50,865 bases of DNA from Candidatus Aenigmatarchaeota archaeon (GTDB lineage Archaea; Aenigmatarchaeota; Aenigmatarchaeia; QMZP01; QMZT01). This document shows, one piece after another, positions 38,578-46,666 of the stretch; position 1 is the stretch's first letter, and each line of letters opens with the position of its first letter. A program made the position numbers and the translations under genes. Location of the stretch: the NCBI GenBank assembly GCA_023128965.1, contig JAGMCY010000160.1, positions 1-50,865 on the forward strand, read 5' to 3'. The notes beneath the pieces are model-generated. The model saw nothing but the letters and a program-made list of their open reading frames with translations. It was not told the origin of the DNA and ran no database searches.

Positions 38578-38948
38578 CTAATGTAAACGAAGTCTATAAG
38601 TGTAACGTGTGCGGAAACATTGTCGAAGTCTTGCAGGCAGGTGTAGGAGAACTCGTGTGCTGCGGCCAGCCCATGGAGTTGCTGAAGGAAAAGACAGAGG
38701 ACGAGGGACAAGAGAAGCACGTTCCGGTGATCGAAAAAACAAATTCTGGGATAAAAGTCAAGGTCGGCTCGGTCCCGCACCCAATGGAAGAGGATCACCA
38801 CATCAAGTGGATAGAAGTGATAGCCGATGGGAAGGTTTACAGGAAATTCCTGAAACCAAGCGAAAAGCCTGAAGCGGAATTCGAGATAAAGGCAGAGAAC
38901 ATCGAAGCGAGGGAATACTGCAATGTCCACGGGTTATGGAAAGCATGA
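38574..38948 (+). CDS. dfx: Desulfoferrodoxin (2Fe superoxide reductase)
   Basis: N-terminal CNVCGN...CCG desulforedoxin centre. Centre II residues in [15 protein letters not shown] and CNVHGLW. Confidence 0.85.
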   Translation: MTNVNEVYKCNVCGNIVEVLQAGVGELVCCGQPMELLKEKTEDEGQEKHVPVIEKTNSGIKVKVGSVPHPMEEDHHIKWIEVIADGKVYRKFLKPSEKPEAEFEIKAENIEAREYCNVHGLWKA

Positions 38949-39008
38949 TTTCTCCGTTAAGTTCGAGTTAACAGGCTAATTTTTAAGCAATTATATTAAT
39001 AGATTAAC

Positions 39009-39872
39009 ATGCCAAGAAAGAAAGCCACTAAAGGGAAATCAAAAAGCAAAGAGAAAGACGTTTTGGATCAAAGGATGGAACACTTCGGTGAAGAGGTCGG
39101 GAAACTGGGAGAAAAATTCGGCAAAAGGATGGAAGAAGGTGGGAAGGGATGGGAAAGCTGGTTCCACAGGACTTTCGGGTTGGTCGGGCCGCTGATCTCG
39201 AGCATATTCGGCATTATAATTCTCGCCTTAGTGAGTTGGGTATTGTATTTAATTAACATCCCGATAGGAAGCGGGTTTATTCTGAACGTGTATTATTTCC
39301 TTACGGATAGCATGGGTTTATTTTTCCTGATATTTATGTTTTTTTCGTACACTTCCTATTTTTCCAAAGCTTCATCAAGGGCGTACAGACCTTTCTCTCC
39401 CATTGCGGCAGCGATCGGGATCATAATAGGTTTCTGGATAGCCATACAAGCGATAAACATCGCGAATCTTTCTTTGGGGTTCCCTTTCCTCTCGATCATG
39501 ACGTTTTACATCGAGATGAATCTTATCTGGATATTCTGGTTCTTCCTTTTTCTTGGTTACCTAGTTTTCGCGATAAAGATGACTACAGAGAAACCGATGG
39601 AGAGGTCGATGGAGGGTGTTGAAGAGGAGGTTGTTATGAGAAAGACTGAACAAAGAATGAAAGCGGGTGAAATCCATAGGCTTTACAGGTCAGGCAAGGA
39701 TCGCATACTCGGAGGGGTGTGCGGGGGGATAGCGGAATACCTCGGGGTGGACCCCGTGATAATACGACTACTCTGGATTGTAGGATCGCTTGCTTGGGGA
39801 TCCGGGATTATACTTTACATAATATTCTGGATAGTGATACCCAGAAACCCGAAACACAAATGGGAAGGTTAG
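39009..39872 (+). CDS. PspC-domain membrane protein
   Basis: C-terminal LYRSGKDRILGGVCGGIAEYLGVDPVIIRLLWIV PspC motif. Confidence 0.65.
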   Translation: MPRKKATKGKSKSKEKDVLDQRMEHFGEEVGKLGEKFGKRMEEGGKGWESWFHRTFGLVGPLISSIFGIIILALVSWVLYLINIPIGSGFILNVYYFLTDSMGLFFLIFMFFSYTSYFSKASSRAYRPFSPIAAAIGIIIGFWIAIQAINIANLSLGFPFLSIMTFYIEMNLIWIFWFFLFLGYLVFAIKMTTEKPMERSMEGVEEEVVMRKTEQRMKAGEIHRLYRSGKDRILGGVCGGIAEYLGVDPVIIRLLWIVGSLAWGSGIILYIIFWIVIPRNPKHKWEG

Positions 39873-39920
39873 AATCGATTTCAGTTTGTTTTTTAATATT
39901 TAACCCGTTATAATCTAGAC

Positions 39921-40547
39921 ATGACGGACATACTGGAATGTACGGGGAAACTGAAAGGGACGGAAGTGGAGAAATTGGTGGACTCCCGCATAAAGGAATT
40001 CAAGAAACTCGGCGAACAATCAAGCGATGAAATCTTTAAGGAACTCTGCTTTTGCATATTGACCGCGAACTTCAACGCCGAGGGGGGGATAAAAATCCAG
40101 AAGGAGATCGGGAATGGGTTTTTAACCCTCACGGAAGCACAATTAGTGAAAAAATTAAAGGAACTCGGCCATCGATACCCAAAAACAAGAGCCGGATACG
40201 TTATAGAAGCAAGGAAGTACAAAGATTCGCTGAAAGAAACTATCAGATCTTTTGAAGATGAACACAAATTAAGGGAATGGTTGGACAAGAACGTGAAAGG
40301 TCTTGGGTACAAAGAAGCGAGCCATTTCCTTCGTAACGTGGGTTTTGAAAACCTCGCTGTCATAGATTTCCACATAATCGATATTCTAGCGAAGTACAAC
40401 GTGATAGAAAAACCAAAGACGCTCACAAGAAGGAAATACCTGGAAATAGAAGAACTGTTAAGGAAGATCGCAAAAAAACTGGATATAAACCTCGCTGAAC
40501 TGGATTTGTATTTGTGGCATGCTGAAACCGGGAAGGTATTGAAATAG
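39921..40547 (+). CDS. ogg: 8-oxoguanine DNA glycosylase/AP lyase, Ogg2-type (HhH-GPD)
   Basis: VKGLGYKEASHFLRNVG...VIDFH motif; 208 aa, like the archaeal Ogg. Confidence 0.7.
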   Translation: MTDILECTGKLKGTEVEKLVDSRIKEFKKLGEQSSDEIFKELCFCILTANFNAEGGIKIQKEIGNGFLTLTEAQLVKKLKELGHRYPKTRAGYVIEARKYKDSLKETIRSFEDEHKLREWLDKNVKGLGYKEASHFLRNVGFENLAVIDFHIIDILAKYNVIEKPKTLTRRKYLEIEELLRKIAKKLDINLAELDLYLWHAETGKVLK

Positions 40548-40616
40548 ATTATGGTTTTGCGTTCTTGAGTATTTATTTAAATATATAATCACAAAGATAA
40601 TCCTATCGGTGTTGGA

Positions 40617-40970
40617 ATGAAGATAAGAAAAAGGGCTTCGAAGCCCCTGATAGAGAAGCTGTACAAAGAAGGGATTGAGAAAAAATCGAACGTGTGGAAG
40701 GCGGTGGCAAAAGACTTGAACAGACCAAGGAGGAAGGGGTTTGAAGTCAACCTGACAAGGATTGAAAAACATTCGAAACCCAAGGAAACTATAGTTGTTC
40801 CAGGGGTGGTTCTCGGAAGCGGGGATATAAAGAAACGGGTGGTTGTCGCCGCTCTGAAATTCTCCGGGAAAGCGAAAGAAAAGATCGAGAAGACCGGCGG
40901 GAAATGCTTATCGATTGAGGAACTCTATGAAAAGAACCCGAAAGGCAAGGGTTTAAGGATAATGGGATAG
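40617..40970 (+). CDS. rpl18e: Ribosomal protein eL18
   Basis: Order L18e-L13-S9; WKAVAKDLNRPRRKGFEVNL. Confidence 0.8.
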   Translation: MKIRKRASKPLIEKLYKEGIEKKSNVWKAVAKDLNRPRRKGFEVNLTRIEKHSKPKETIVVPGVVLGSGDIKKRVVVAALKFSGKAKEKIEKTGGKCLSIEELYEKNPKGKGLRIMG

Positions 40971-40971
40971 T

Positions 40972-41379
40972 ATGAATGTGATAAACGCTGAGAACTGTGT
41001 TGCGGGAAGGTTAGCGTCTTTTGTGGCCAAAAGGCTGTTAAAGGGGGAGGAGATCGTTATCGTGAACGCGGAGAAGTCGATAGTTACGGGGAATCCGAAA
41101 GTTATTGAAAATTTTTTCGGGGAGAAGATCAAGAGAGGCGATCCCTACCACGGACCCTTCTATCCCAAGAAACCTGAGAACATATTGAGGAGAATCGTGA
41201 GGGGCATGCTCCCTTACCGCAAGCCAAGGGGGAGGAGCGCGTACAAGAGATTGAAAGTATACAGGTCGGTTCCGGGGGAATTCAAGAACACGGAATCGGA
41301 AGTTATAGGCAAGGCTAAAAGCAAATTCGAATGCAAATTCGTTTACCTCGAGGACATCTCGAAAAAATTTGGTGGTTGA
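40972..41379 (+). CDS. rpl13: Ribosomal protein uL13
   Basis: GRLASFVAKRLLKGEEIVIVNAE. Confidence 0.9.
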   Translation: MNVINAENCVAGRLASFVAKRLLKGEEIVIVNAEKSIVTGNPKVIENFFGEKIKRGDPYHGPFYPKKPENILRRIVRGMLPYRKPRGRSAYKRLKVYRSVPGEFKNTESEVIGKAKSKFECKFVYLEDISKKFGG

Positions 41380-41853
41380 ATGATAAAGAAAAAGGGGAAG
41401 GCAAAGAAGAAGACGGGGAAAAGCGTTAAGAAGGAAAGGGGAAAGAAAGGGAAAGGCGTGATATTCAAAACAGGGAAGAGGAAAAGAGCGGTAGCTAGGG
41501 CTTCAATAAAGCCCGGTTCTGGAAAAATCCTCATAAACGGGGAACCTTTGGAGAATTTCAAGAATGAGGTTTTAAAGCTCAGGCTGGAGGAGCCTTTCAT
41601 CCTCGCAGGAAAAGAATGGAAGTCATATGATTTCATCGTTAACGTGAAAGGTGGAGGAATACTAGGCCAGACTGATGCCGCAAGGCAGGCGTTTGCAAGG
41701 GGCCTGGTTGAGATTTTCGGGAATGAACTCAAGCAGAAATTCCTGGATTACGACAGGAATCTGCTCGTTTACGATCCGAGGAGAACAGAACCGCACAAAC
41801 CACCGAGGTCTTCTCAGGGTCCGAGGAGGTATAAACAGCGCTCGAAAAGATAA
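41380..41853 (+). CDS. rps9: Ribosomal protein uS9 with a K-rich N-terminal extension
   Basis: GKRKRAVARASIKPGSG...GGGILGQTDAARQAFARG...PRRTEPHKPP. Confidence 0.9.
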   Translation: MIKKKGKAKKKTGKSVKKERGKKGKGVIFKTGKRKRAVARASIKPGSGKILINGEPLENFKNEVLKLRLEEPFILAGKEWKSYDFIVNVKGGGILGQTDAARQAFARGLVEIFGNELKQKFLDYDRNLLVYDPRRTEPHKPPRSSQGPRRYKQRSKR

Positions 41854-41877
41854 AATTTAAATAATTAAATAAGAAAT

Positions 41878-42204
41878 GTGATGGTTATGGAATACGCAAG
41901 GATCAGGCTGGCGGGAAGAGATTACAAAAAGCTAGATGAAATTTGTAAACAGATCAAGGAGATCGCGAGCAAATACGGAGTTTCGACACGCGGCCCGATC
42001 CCCTTACCGACGAAAAAAATGAAGGTCACAACCCTCAAAACCCCCTGCGGTGACGGGACAGGGCACGGCAACGCGACGTATGACAGGTGGGAGATGAGAA
42101 TCCATAAAAGGATCATAGATATTGGTTCTAACGAACGCGCTCTACGACAAGTAGTTCGTATCCCCTTGCCAGAAGACGTGAAGATTGATATAGAACTGAG
42201 ATAA
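41878..42204 (+). CDS. rps10: Ribosomal protein uS10
   Basis: ARIRLAG...GPIPLPTKK...WEMRIHKRIIDI. Confidence 0.85.
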   Translation: MMVMEYARIRLAGRDYKKLDEICKQIKEIASKYGVSTRGPIPLPTKKMKVTTLKTPCGDGTGHGNATYDRWEMRIHKRIIDIGSNERALRQVVRIPLPEDVKIDIELR

Positions 42205-42205
42205 T

Positions 42206-42592
42206 CTATTTCTCATTTACAAGAACCCCGTTCACTATCCCGTCATGGCCCGGTCTTGACGTGACCTTCGCTGAACCGATTTCCGTCTTCACCACCGCTC
42301 CCTTTGATATCACATTCCTCCTCACGAAATGCGGGTTGGCCGGGTTCTTCTCAACAGAAATTATCTTCACCCTTTTAACCTTTTTCGTTTTCGGGTCCGC
42401 AACGTTTATCTTCTCGACGGAAAGTAGTTTCAGTTTCTCATTCCCTCCCCTTTCTCTTTTCACCTTCACGTTTCTCTTGCCTATTCTCGTCTCCAGGAAT
42501 TCGTTCCCCCTGTCCATCTTCCTTTTCTTTCTGACCCTTCTCAGCCTTTTTCCCGTGAGCGTCCTTCTCGAACGCAAATGCCATTTCACCAT
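42206..42592 (-). CDS. rps8e: Ribosomal protein eS8
   Basis: WHLRSRRTLTGKRLRRVRKKRK... Confidence 0.85.
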   Translation of the reverse strand: MVKWHLRSRRTLTGKRLRRVRKKRKMDRGNEFLETRIGKRNVKVKRERGGNEKLKLLSVEKINVADPKTKKVKRVKIISVEKNPANPHFVRRNVISKGAVVKTEIGSAKVTSRPGHDGIVNGVLVNEK

Positions 42593-42712
42593 ACGAACAC
42601 CGATTCTATATATTTGACAGATTTACATTTAAATAGATAACAAATGCTTTTAAATCAGCGAATTCAAATAAAATTATCAATTTTACCCGATTTTAAATTG
42701 GGTGAAGGAGGT

Positions 42713-42946
42713 ATGAAAATGCAGCAAAGACCGTTGGACGTTTTAGGAAGTTCGGAGAACAAGAGGATAATAATACAGGTTAAAAACAGGGATAAGATAA
42801 CCGGAACTTTGAAGGCCTTTGATTCCCACCTGAACATATGGCTTGATGATGCGGAGGTTTCGAGCGCAGACGGAGAGAATTCAGTGAAACTTGGGACAGT
42901 CCTTGTGAGAGGAGATAATATCGTTCTCATTTCTCCCGGGAAATAG
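42713..42946 (+). CDS. Sm-like (LSm/SmAP) protein
   Basis: [43 protein letters not shown]...[18 protein letters not shown] Shine-Dalgarno sequence before ATG 42713. Confidence 0.85.
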   Translation: MKMQQRPLDVLGSSENKRIIIQVKNRDKITGTLKAFDSHLNIWLDDAEVSSADGENSVKLGTVLVRGDNIVLISPGK

Positions 42947-42984
42947 GAGTTAAAGTTTTTAAATATTCAATTTCAAGGGATACC

Positions 42985-43173
42985 ATGACGAAGGGGACCC
43001 CTAGTTTTGGCAAGAAGCAGAAGAAGACGCATGTTTTGTGTAGGAGATGCGGTCGCCATTCCTTCCACGCTTCGGGGGGCGTGTGTTCTGCCTGCGGTTT
43101 CGGGGGGTCGAAAAAAATCAAAAAATTCAAATGGCAGTGGAAACCAATCGAAAGAAACAAGAGAATGAAGTGA
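42985..43173 (+). CDS. rpl37e: Ribosomal protein eL37
   Basis: [28 protein letters not shown]...CSACGF; conserved LSm-L37e pair. Confidence 0.85.
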   Translation: MTKGTPSFGKKQKKTHVLCRRCGRHSFHASGGVCSACGFGGSKKIKKFKWQWKPIERNKRMK

Positions 43174-43179
43174 ACCTAA

Positions 43180-43214
43180 CGTATGACGCATACTTCGTAT
43201 TAGTCTCTTGAAAC
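43180..43214 (+). repeat. Degenerate copy of the TGACG-palindrome-CGTC hairpin element
   Basis: CGTATGACGCATACTTCGTATTAGTCTCTTGAAAC aligns to the reverse complement of the rRNA-spacer repeats: the left arm is intact and the right arm is decayed. Confidence 0.5.
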
Positions 43215-43251
43215 CCATATAAATATAACCACTTATTTATATGTTATTAGC

Positions 43252-43295
43252 GCATGACGACTTGGGTTTATAATTCAGGTCGTCTACCGAAATAT
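43252..43295 (+). promoter_or_regulatory. tRNA-Lys promoter cassette: TTTATAAT (43267-43274, about -29 to -22) inside the GACGAC...GTCGTC inverted repeat
   Basis: Aligned by eye to the tRNA-Pro cassette: TAGCG-N2-TGACGACTTGG-TATA-CA(A/G)GTCGTC-N3-CGAAA. Confidence 0.6.
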
Positions 43296-43468
43296 GGGCC
43301 CGTAGCTCAATCGGTAGAGCACCAGACTCTTAAGAGCGTATGACACAGGTTTCACCTGCGTCATTCGAACCTCGGATATTATGAAGGTTTCTAGAACCTT
43401 GTGATTGAGGGATATCTGGGGGTTGCGGGTTCGATACGTAGCTTTACGTGAAAATCCCGTCGGGCCCA
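43296..43468 (+). tRNA. tRNA-Lys (anticodon CUU) with two introns
   Basis: Acceptor GGGCCCG/CGGGCCC+A, D arm GCTC-AATCGGTA-GAGC, anticodon stem CCAGA/TCTGG with loop CTCTTA, T stem GCGGG/CCCGT. Introns at 43333-43413 (81 nt) and about 43435-43453 (19 nt); 73 nt after removal. Confidence 0.8.
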
Positions 43469-43486
43469 TACATCATCCAGAATTAA

Positions 43487-44191
43487 TTACAGTTCTTCTG
43501 CCACAGAACCCATGATATTTTTTATCACTTTGTCCCCGCTTTTAAGAACAGGTTCCCCGTGTCCTGGAAGGATTTTATCGATCTTGAGGGAGGAGAGCCT
43601 TTCAAGCGATTTCTCGATATCCTCTTCACTCCCTCCCGGAAGATCTGTTCTCCCCACACCGTCAGCAAATATTGTGTCACCAGATAACAGGATCTTGTCT
43701 TTCGAATCGAACAGGCATATTGAACCAGGGGTGTGTCCCGGCGTATGTAAAACCTTTAATCCGAAAACTTCGTCCCCTTCCTTCAGCTTTCTTTCGACTT
43801 TCATGGGTTTCATGTTCCCGTTGAAGTAGTGGGCATTGCTCATTTCGCTGTCCCCTTTCTCGAGGACATTCGAGTCCTTCTCGTGTATGTGGATCTTCGC
43901 GTTCTTGAAGAAGCCGTTACCTCCTATGTGGTCCCAGTGCATGTGCGTGTTAACGATGTTCTTTATGTTGTCGAAATCTAGTTTCATCTTCTTGAATATC
44001 TCGTAAAGGCGAACAAAATTCAATCCCGTCCCAGAGTCGACAATCGTGTCCCCGTCTATGAGGTATATATTCGAATCCAGATCAGAAAGATGTACCATCG
44101 TTATTCTGCCATTAATCTTGGTGACCAAATCCAACCCCATATTAATTATTTCTCCGCAAACAAATTTAAAGAGATATTGAAACTTGTGCAA
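43487..44191 (-). CDS. Metallo-beta-lactamase fold hydrolase (glyoxalase II-like)
   Basis: THMHWDHIGG motif plus downstream HTPGH and D residues. The true start may be the internal Met at about 44140. Confidence 0.75.
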   Translation of the reverse strand: MHKFQYLFKFVCGEIINMGLDLVTKINGRITMVHLSDLDSNIYLIDGDTIVDSGTGLNFVRLYEIFKKMKLDFDNIKNIVNTHMHWDHIGGNGFFKNAKIHIHEKDSNVLEKGDSEMSNAHYFNGNMKPMKVERKLKEGDEVFGLKVLHTPGHTPGSICLFDSKDKILLSGDTIFADGVGRTDLPGGSEEDIEKSLERLSSLKIDKILPGHGEPVLKSGDKVIKNIMGSVAEEL

Positions 44192-44248
44192 GAATAAAAA
44201 TCAATTCTGTTCCATGAATAACTCGGAGATGGTTAAAACAAGAAAAAC

Positions 44249-44413
44249 CTATATAAAGACCATGAATTTGAGCATGATTACCATTATTATTATCGCGATA
44301 GCGATCCCTACCACGTGCTCTGGCTTCAGCTTGATAGCTTCCTCTGATTCCTCAAAGTAGCGGATTAACCCTGCGGTCGACTGCGGCATCATTGCTTTCG
44401 GTTTTTTCGGCAT
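44249..44413 (-). CDS. Preprotein translocase subunit Sec61beta (SecG, archaeal)
   Basis: Own translation: MPKKPKAMMPQSTAGLIRYFEESEEAIKLKPEHVVGIAIAIII..., tail-anchored and about 54 aa. Confidence 0.65.
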   Translation of the reverse strand: MPKKPKAMMPQSTAGLIRYFEESEEAIKLKPEHVVGIAIAIIIMVIMLKFMVFI

Positions 44414-44479
44414 GCTATCAATAAAGAATTAATAATCTTTCATTTATAAGCTTTTGACCCATTTGAGAAAATAAATGTT

Positions 44480-44803
44480 GTGCTGGGCGTAGCCCATTTT
44501 ATGTCATCTCCCGGGGTTTGATCCCCGAAGGAGGCGATAGCATTTTTCTAACTCGTCCCTTTATTTTTCGGGACTTTCACCCGCACGGCCCGAACTCTTT
44601 CACCCTTCTGCTTCTTCGATGCTTTCCCTTTCGGGATCATCGCTCCAAAGCGAAGGTTTATTTCTGCGTCCGGACAGGTCCTCTCGGACCCTGCCTCGCG
44701 ACAGCGCGCTTTCAGTTTGACGTAGACGAAGTCTGCGTCTTCGCTGCGAGTGCCTGGAACTTACCTCCCCAAGTCGCCTCAGGGCAAGCTATCTGCCCAG
44801 CTC
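44480..44803 (-). ncRNA. rnpB: Candidate RNase P RNA (divergent)
   Basis: Terminal helix GCUGGGC/GCCCAGC. 5' GAGGUAAGUUCCAGGC resembles CR-I (GAGGAAAGUCCGGGC). AAGGGUGAAAGAG resembles CR-II. 3' ACAUAAAAUGGGCUAC resembles ACAGAA-CCGGCUUA. About 324 nt with no coding signal. Confidence 0.5.
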
Positions 44804-44853
44804 AACAAGATTTTTTAGGTTTTGGGGGTTTAAAAAGGTTATTTCGATCGAGT

Positions 44854-45753
44854 TCAGAACAATTGTATCAGCAGAACGCCTATAATGATGAGGATCATGC
44901 CCAGAATTTTCTGCATCAGTGCCCGAATATCGAATCTCTCTTTCAATATATGCGGGTAGAACCTTGTGAGTAGCAAGGCAAAGATAAAGACGAAAATCAT
45001 CTGGATGTTCTCAGATGCCTGGATAGGGGAAATAGGACCTATGTTTATCGCAAAGTAATAGCTTGCGGAACCTAGAATGGAAATTATTGTGTTGGTAAAA
45101 AGAATACCCCAATCATTCCTGTTGATCTTACTGTAGTAATATTTGAACTTGCCTCTGATCTTCCCTGAAAATAAGATCGGCATCGTTGTAAATATCCCAA
45201 AGATCCACACCCATATAAGGGTTTCCCAGTAATTAACGTAGTTCAGAACGAATTTTATAATTACATAAGACGCCGAAAATACCAAGCTGGCAAGTATTAC
45301 AAACCAAAATACTTTACCAATTCTGAATAGTCCAGAAACCCTTTTAATTGATATCACAAAACCTCCGAGAATCAGTATCAAGAAACCTAAATAATCCATC
45401 GAGGCAAGTCTTTCCCCAAGAAGAGAGAACGCCATGAGGAGTGTGAAAATCGGGATGAACTGAAAAAGGGGGATGGACACTGATATCTCCTCGATCTCTA
45501 CGATTTTGTAATAGATTATTATCCCCAAAGTCATCAATACCGCGCTCACGAATATGAAGGGAAGGAAATAGAGATTCGGAACTCCTATGTTCAAAATAGG
45601 AATCAAAATAATTACGGGGATTATCGAAATTATTCTCATAAATATGAACACTATCAAAGGGCTTTTGATCCTCTTGTCTACAAGATACTTATCGATTATG
45701 TTTGTAATGCTCCACATGAAAGTGGCTAGAATTACGAAGTATATCCAGCTCAT
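44854..45753 (-). CDS. EamA/DMT-family transporter
   Basis: 299 aa with about 10 TM helices in a two-fold repeat. Confidence 0.7.
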   Translation of the reverse strand: MSWIYFVILATFMWSITNIIDKYLVDKRIKSPLIVFIFMRIISIIPVIILIPILNIGVPNLYFLPFIFVSAVLMTLGIIIYYKIVEIEEISVSIPLFQFIPIFTLLMAFSLLGERLASMDYLGFLILILGGFVISIKRVSGLFRIGKVFWFVILASLVFSASYVIIKFVLNYVNYWETLIWVWIFGIFTTMPILFSGKIRGKFKYYYSKINRNDWGILFTNTIISILGSASYYFAINIGPISPIQASENIQMIFVFIFALLLTRFYPHILKERFDIRALMQKILGMILIIIGVLLIQLF

Positions 45754-46017
45754 CTATATATTTTCGGCTAAACCATTAAAAAACAAAAACAAGCACCAAG
45801 GCCTTTTGACCAGGACTGAATAAAGATTTACTGTCCTGACTCTTGGGGCTTAACAGCCTTACCTTTCGGCCAGACCCTGGAACCCTCAATTAAGAGTTGG
45901 AAATAAGCCTTTTAAGCATTTCTGTTGGGAAACATAGATTTTGGGAAATATACATGCCAGAGGATTTTTCCCCAAGCCCTCATATAAATACGTCCCTTAC
46001 CCAATTTAAAGTAAGGG

Positions 46018-46290
46018 GTGCGAGTAATTAAATTTAATAAAAAGGGCAGTATTGCCAAATCAAAAGAAGGTGACCTTCTTCTAGTAAACGAGGACAAGAA
46101 GGCGTACAAGGTTGACGAGGTCGTGATCCTTATATGGACCATGTGCGACGGAAAACATGAAAACAAGGAGATAGTGGATGAGTTCTGTTCAAAACTCGGC
46201 AAGAATGTCCCGAAAGAAGAGATCGAGAAGGCAGTCTCCGATATAACCCAGAAGCTGGAAAAATTCGGTCTTCTTGAGAAGTGCAAGTGA
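46018..46290 (+). CDS. PqqD-family protein (RiPP recognition element-like)
   Basis: 90 aa, GTG start. The pattern AYKVDEVVILIWTMCDGKHENKEIVDEF...AVSDITQKLEKFGLLE fits the PqqD winged-helix family. Confidence 0.55.
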   Translation: MRVIKFNKKGSIAKSKEGDLLLVNEDKKAYKVDEVVILIWTMCDGKHENKEIVDEFCSKLGKNVPKEEIEKAVSDITQKLEKFGLLEKCK

Positions 46291-46331
46291 AATCGGAAAT
46301 GTATTTTAATTAGCGATTAATATTATTTAAT

Positions 46332-46595
46332 ATGAACAAGAAATACGCACTTTTGGTTATCATTCTATTGGTAGTGATTTCACTAGTTCTATGGGGCGTG
46401 TTCTTCAGCCCTGTAGTTTTTAATGGTCATCCGCCAACACCAGAACAAAGTTGCAGGGCAACTGGGGCTCAACATTGCGAATATACTGGTGAACTACCAT
46501 TCACGTGGGCTGTTAAGACAAATTTTACAGGTGCTATTAGGACAAGTTGCCAAGAATTGTTGGGATGTTCTTCCTGTTCGGAATGCGGATTCTAG
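46332..46595 (+). CDS. Small membrane-anchored or secreted Cys-rich protein
   Basis: 87 aa; N-terminal TM helix or signal, 6 Cys, C-terminus LLGCSSCSECGF. Confidence 0.45.
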   Translation: MNKKYALLVIILLVVISLVLWGVFFSPVVFNGHPPTPEQSCRATGAQHCEYTGELPFTWAVKTNFTGAIRTSCQELLGCSSCSECGF

Positions 46596-46666
46596 CTTGA
46601 GCTAATCCTGTTTCTTTGGTCGACCGATTTCTTGAATAAGCGGTAGCTATCGTAAAGAAAGTGGTT

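Noticed and set aside
43284-43469. A 61-aa minus-strand ORF
   Set aside because: It lies entirely within the tRNA-Lys gene.
44480-44803. SRP (7S) RNA as an alternative identity for the structured RNA
   Set aside because: I could not find the helix-8 signature (GGAA/GNAR loop with an AGCA-containing asymmetric loop) or Alu-domain loops. The CR-I, CR-II and P4-like motifs fit RNase P better. This is still unverified without a covariance-model search.
44518-44973. A 151-aa plus-strand ORF
   Set aside because: It overlaps the structured RNA candidate and the 3' end of the EamA transporter. It has no motifs and an odd composition.
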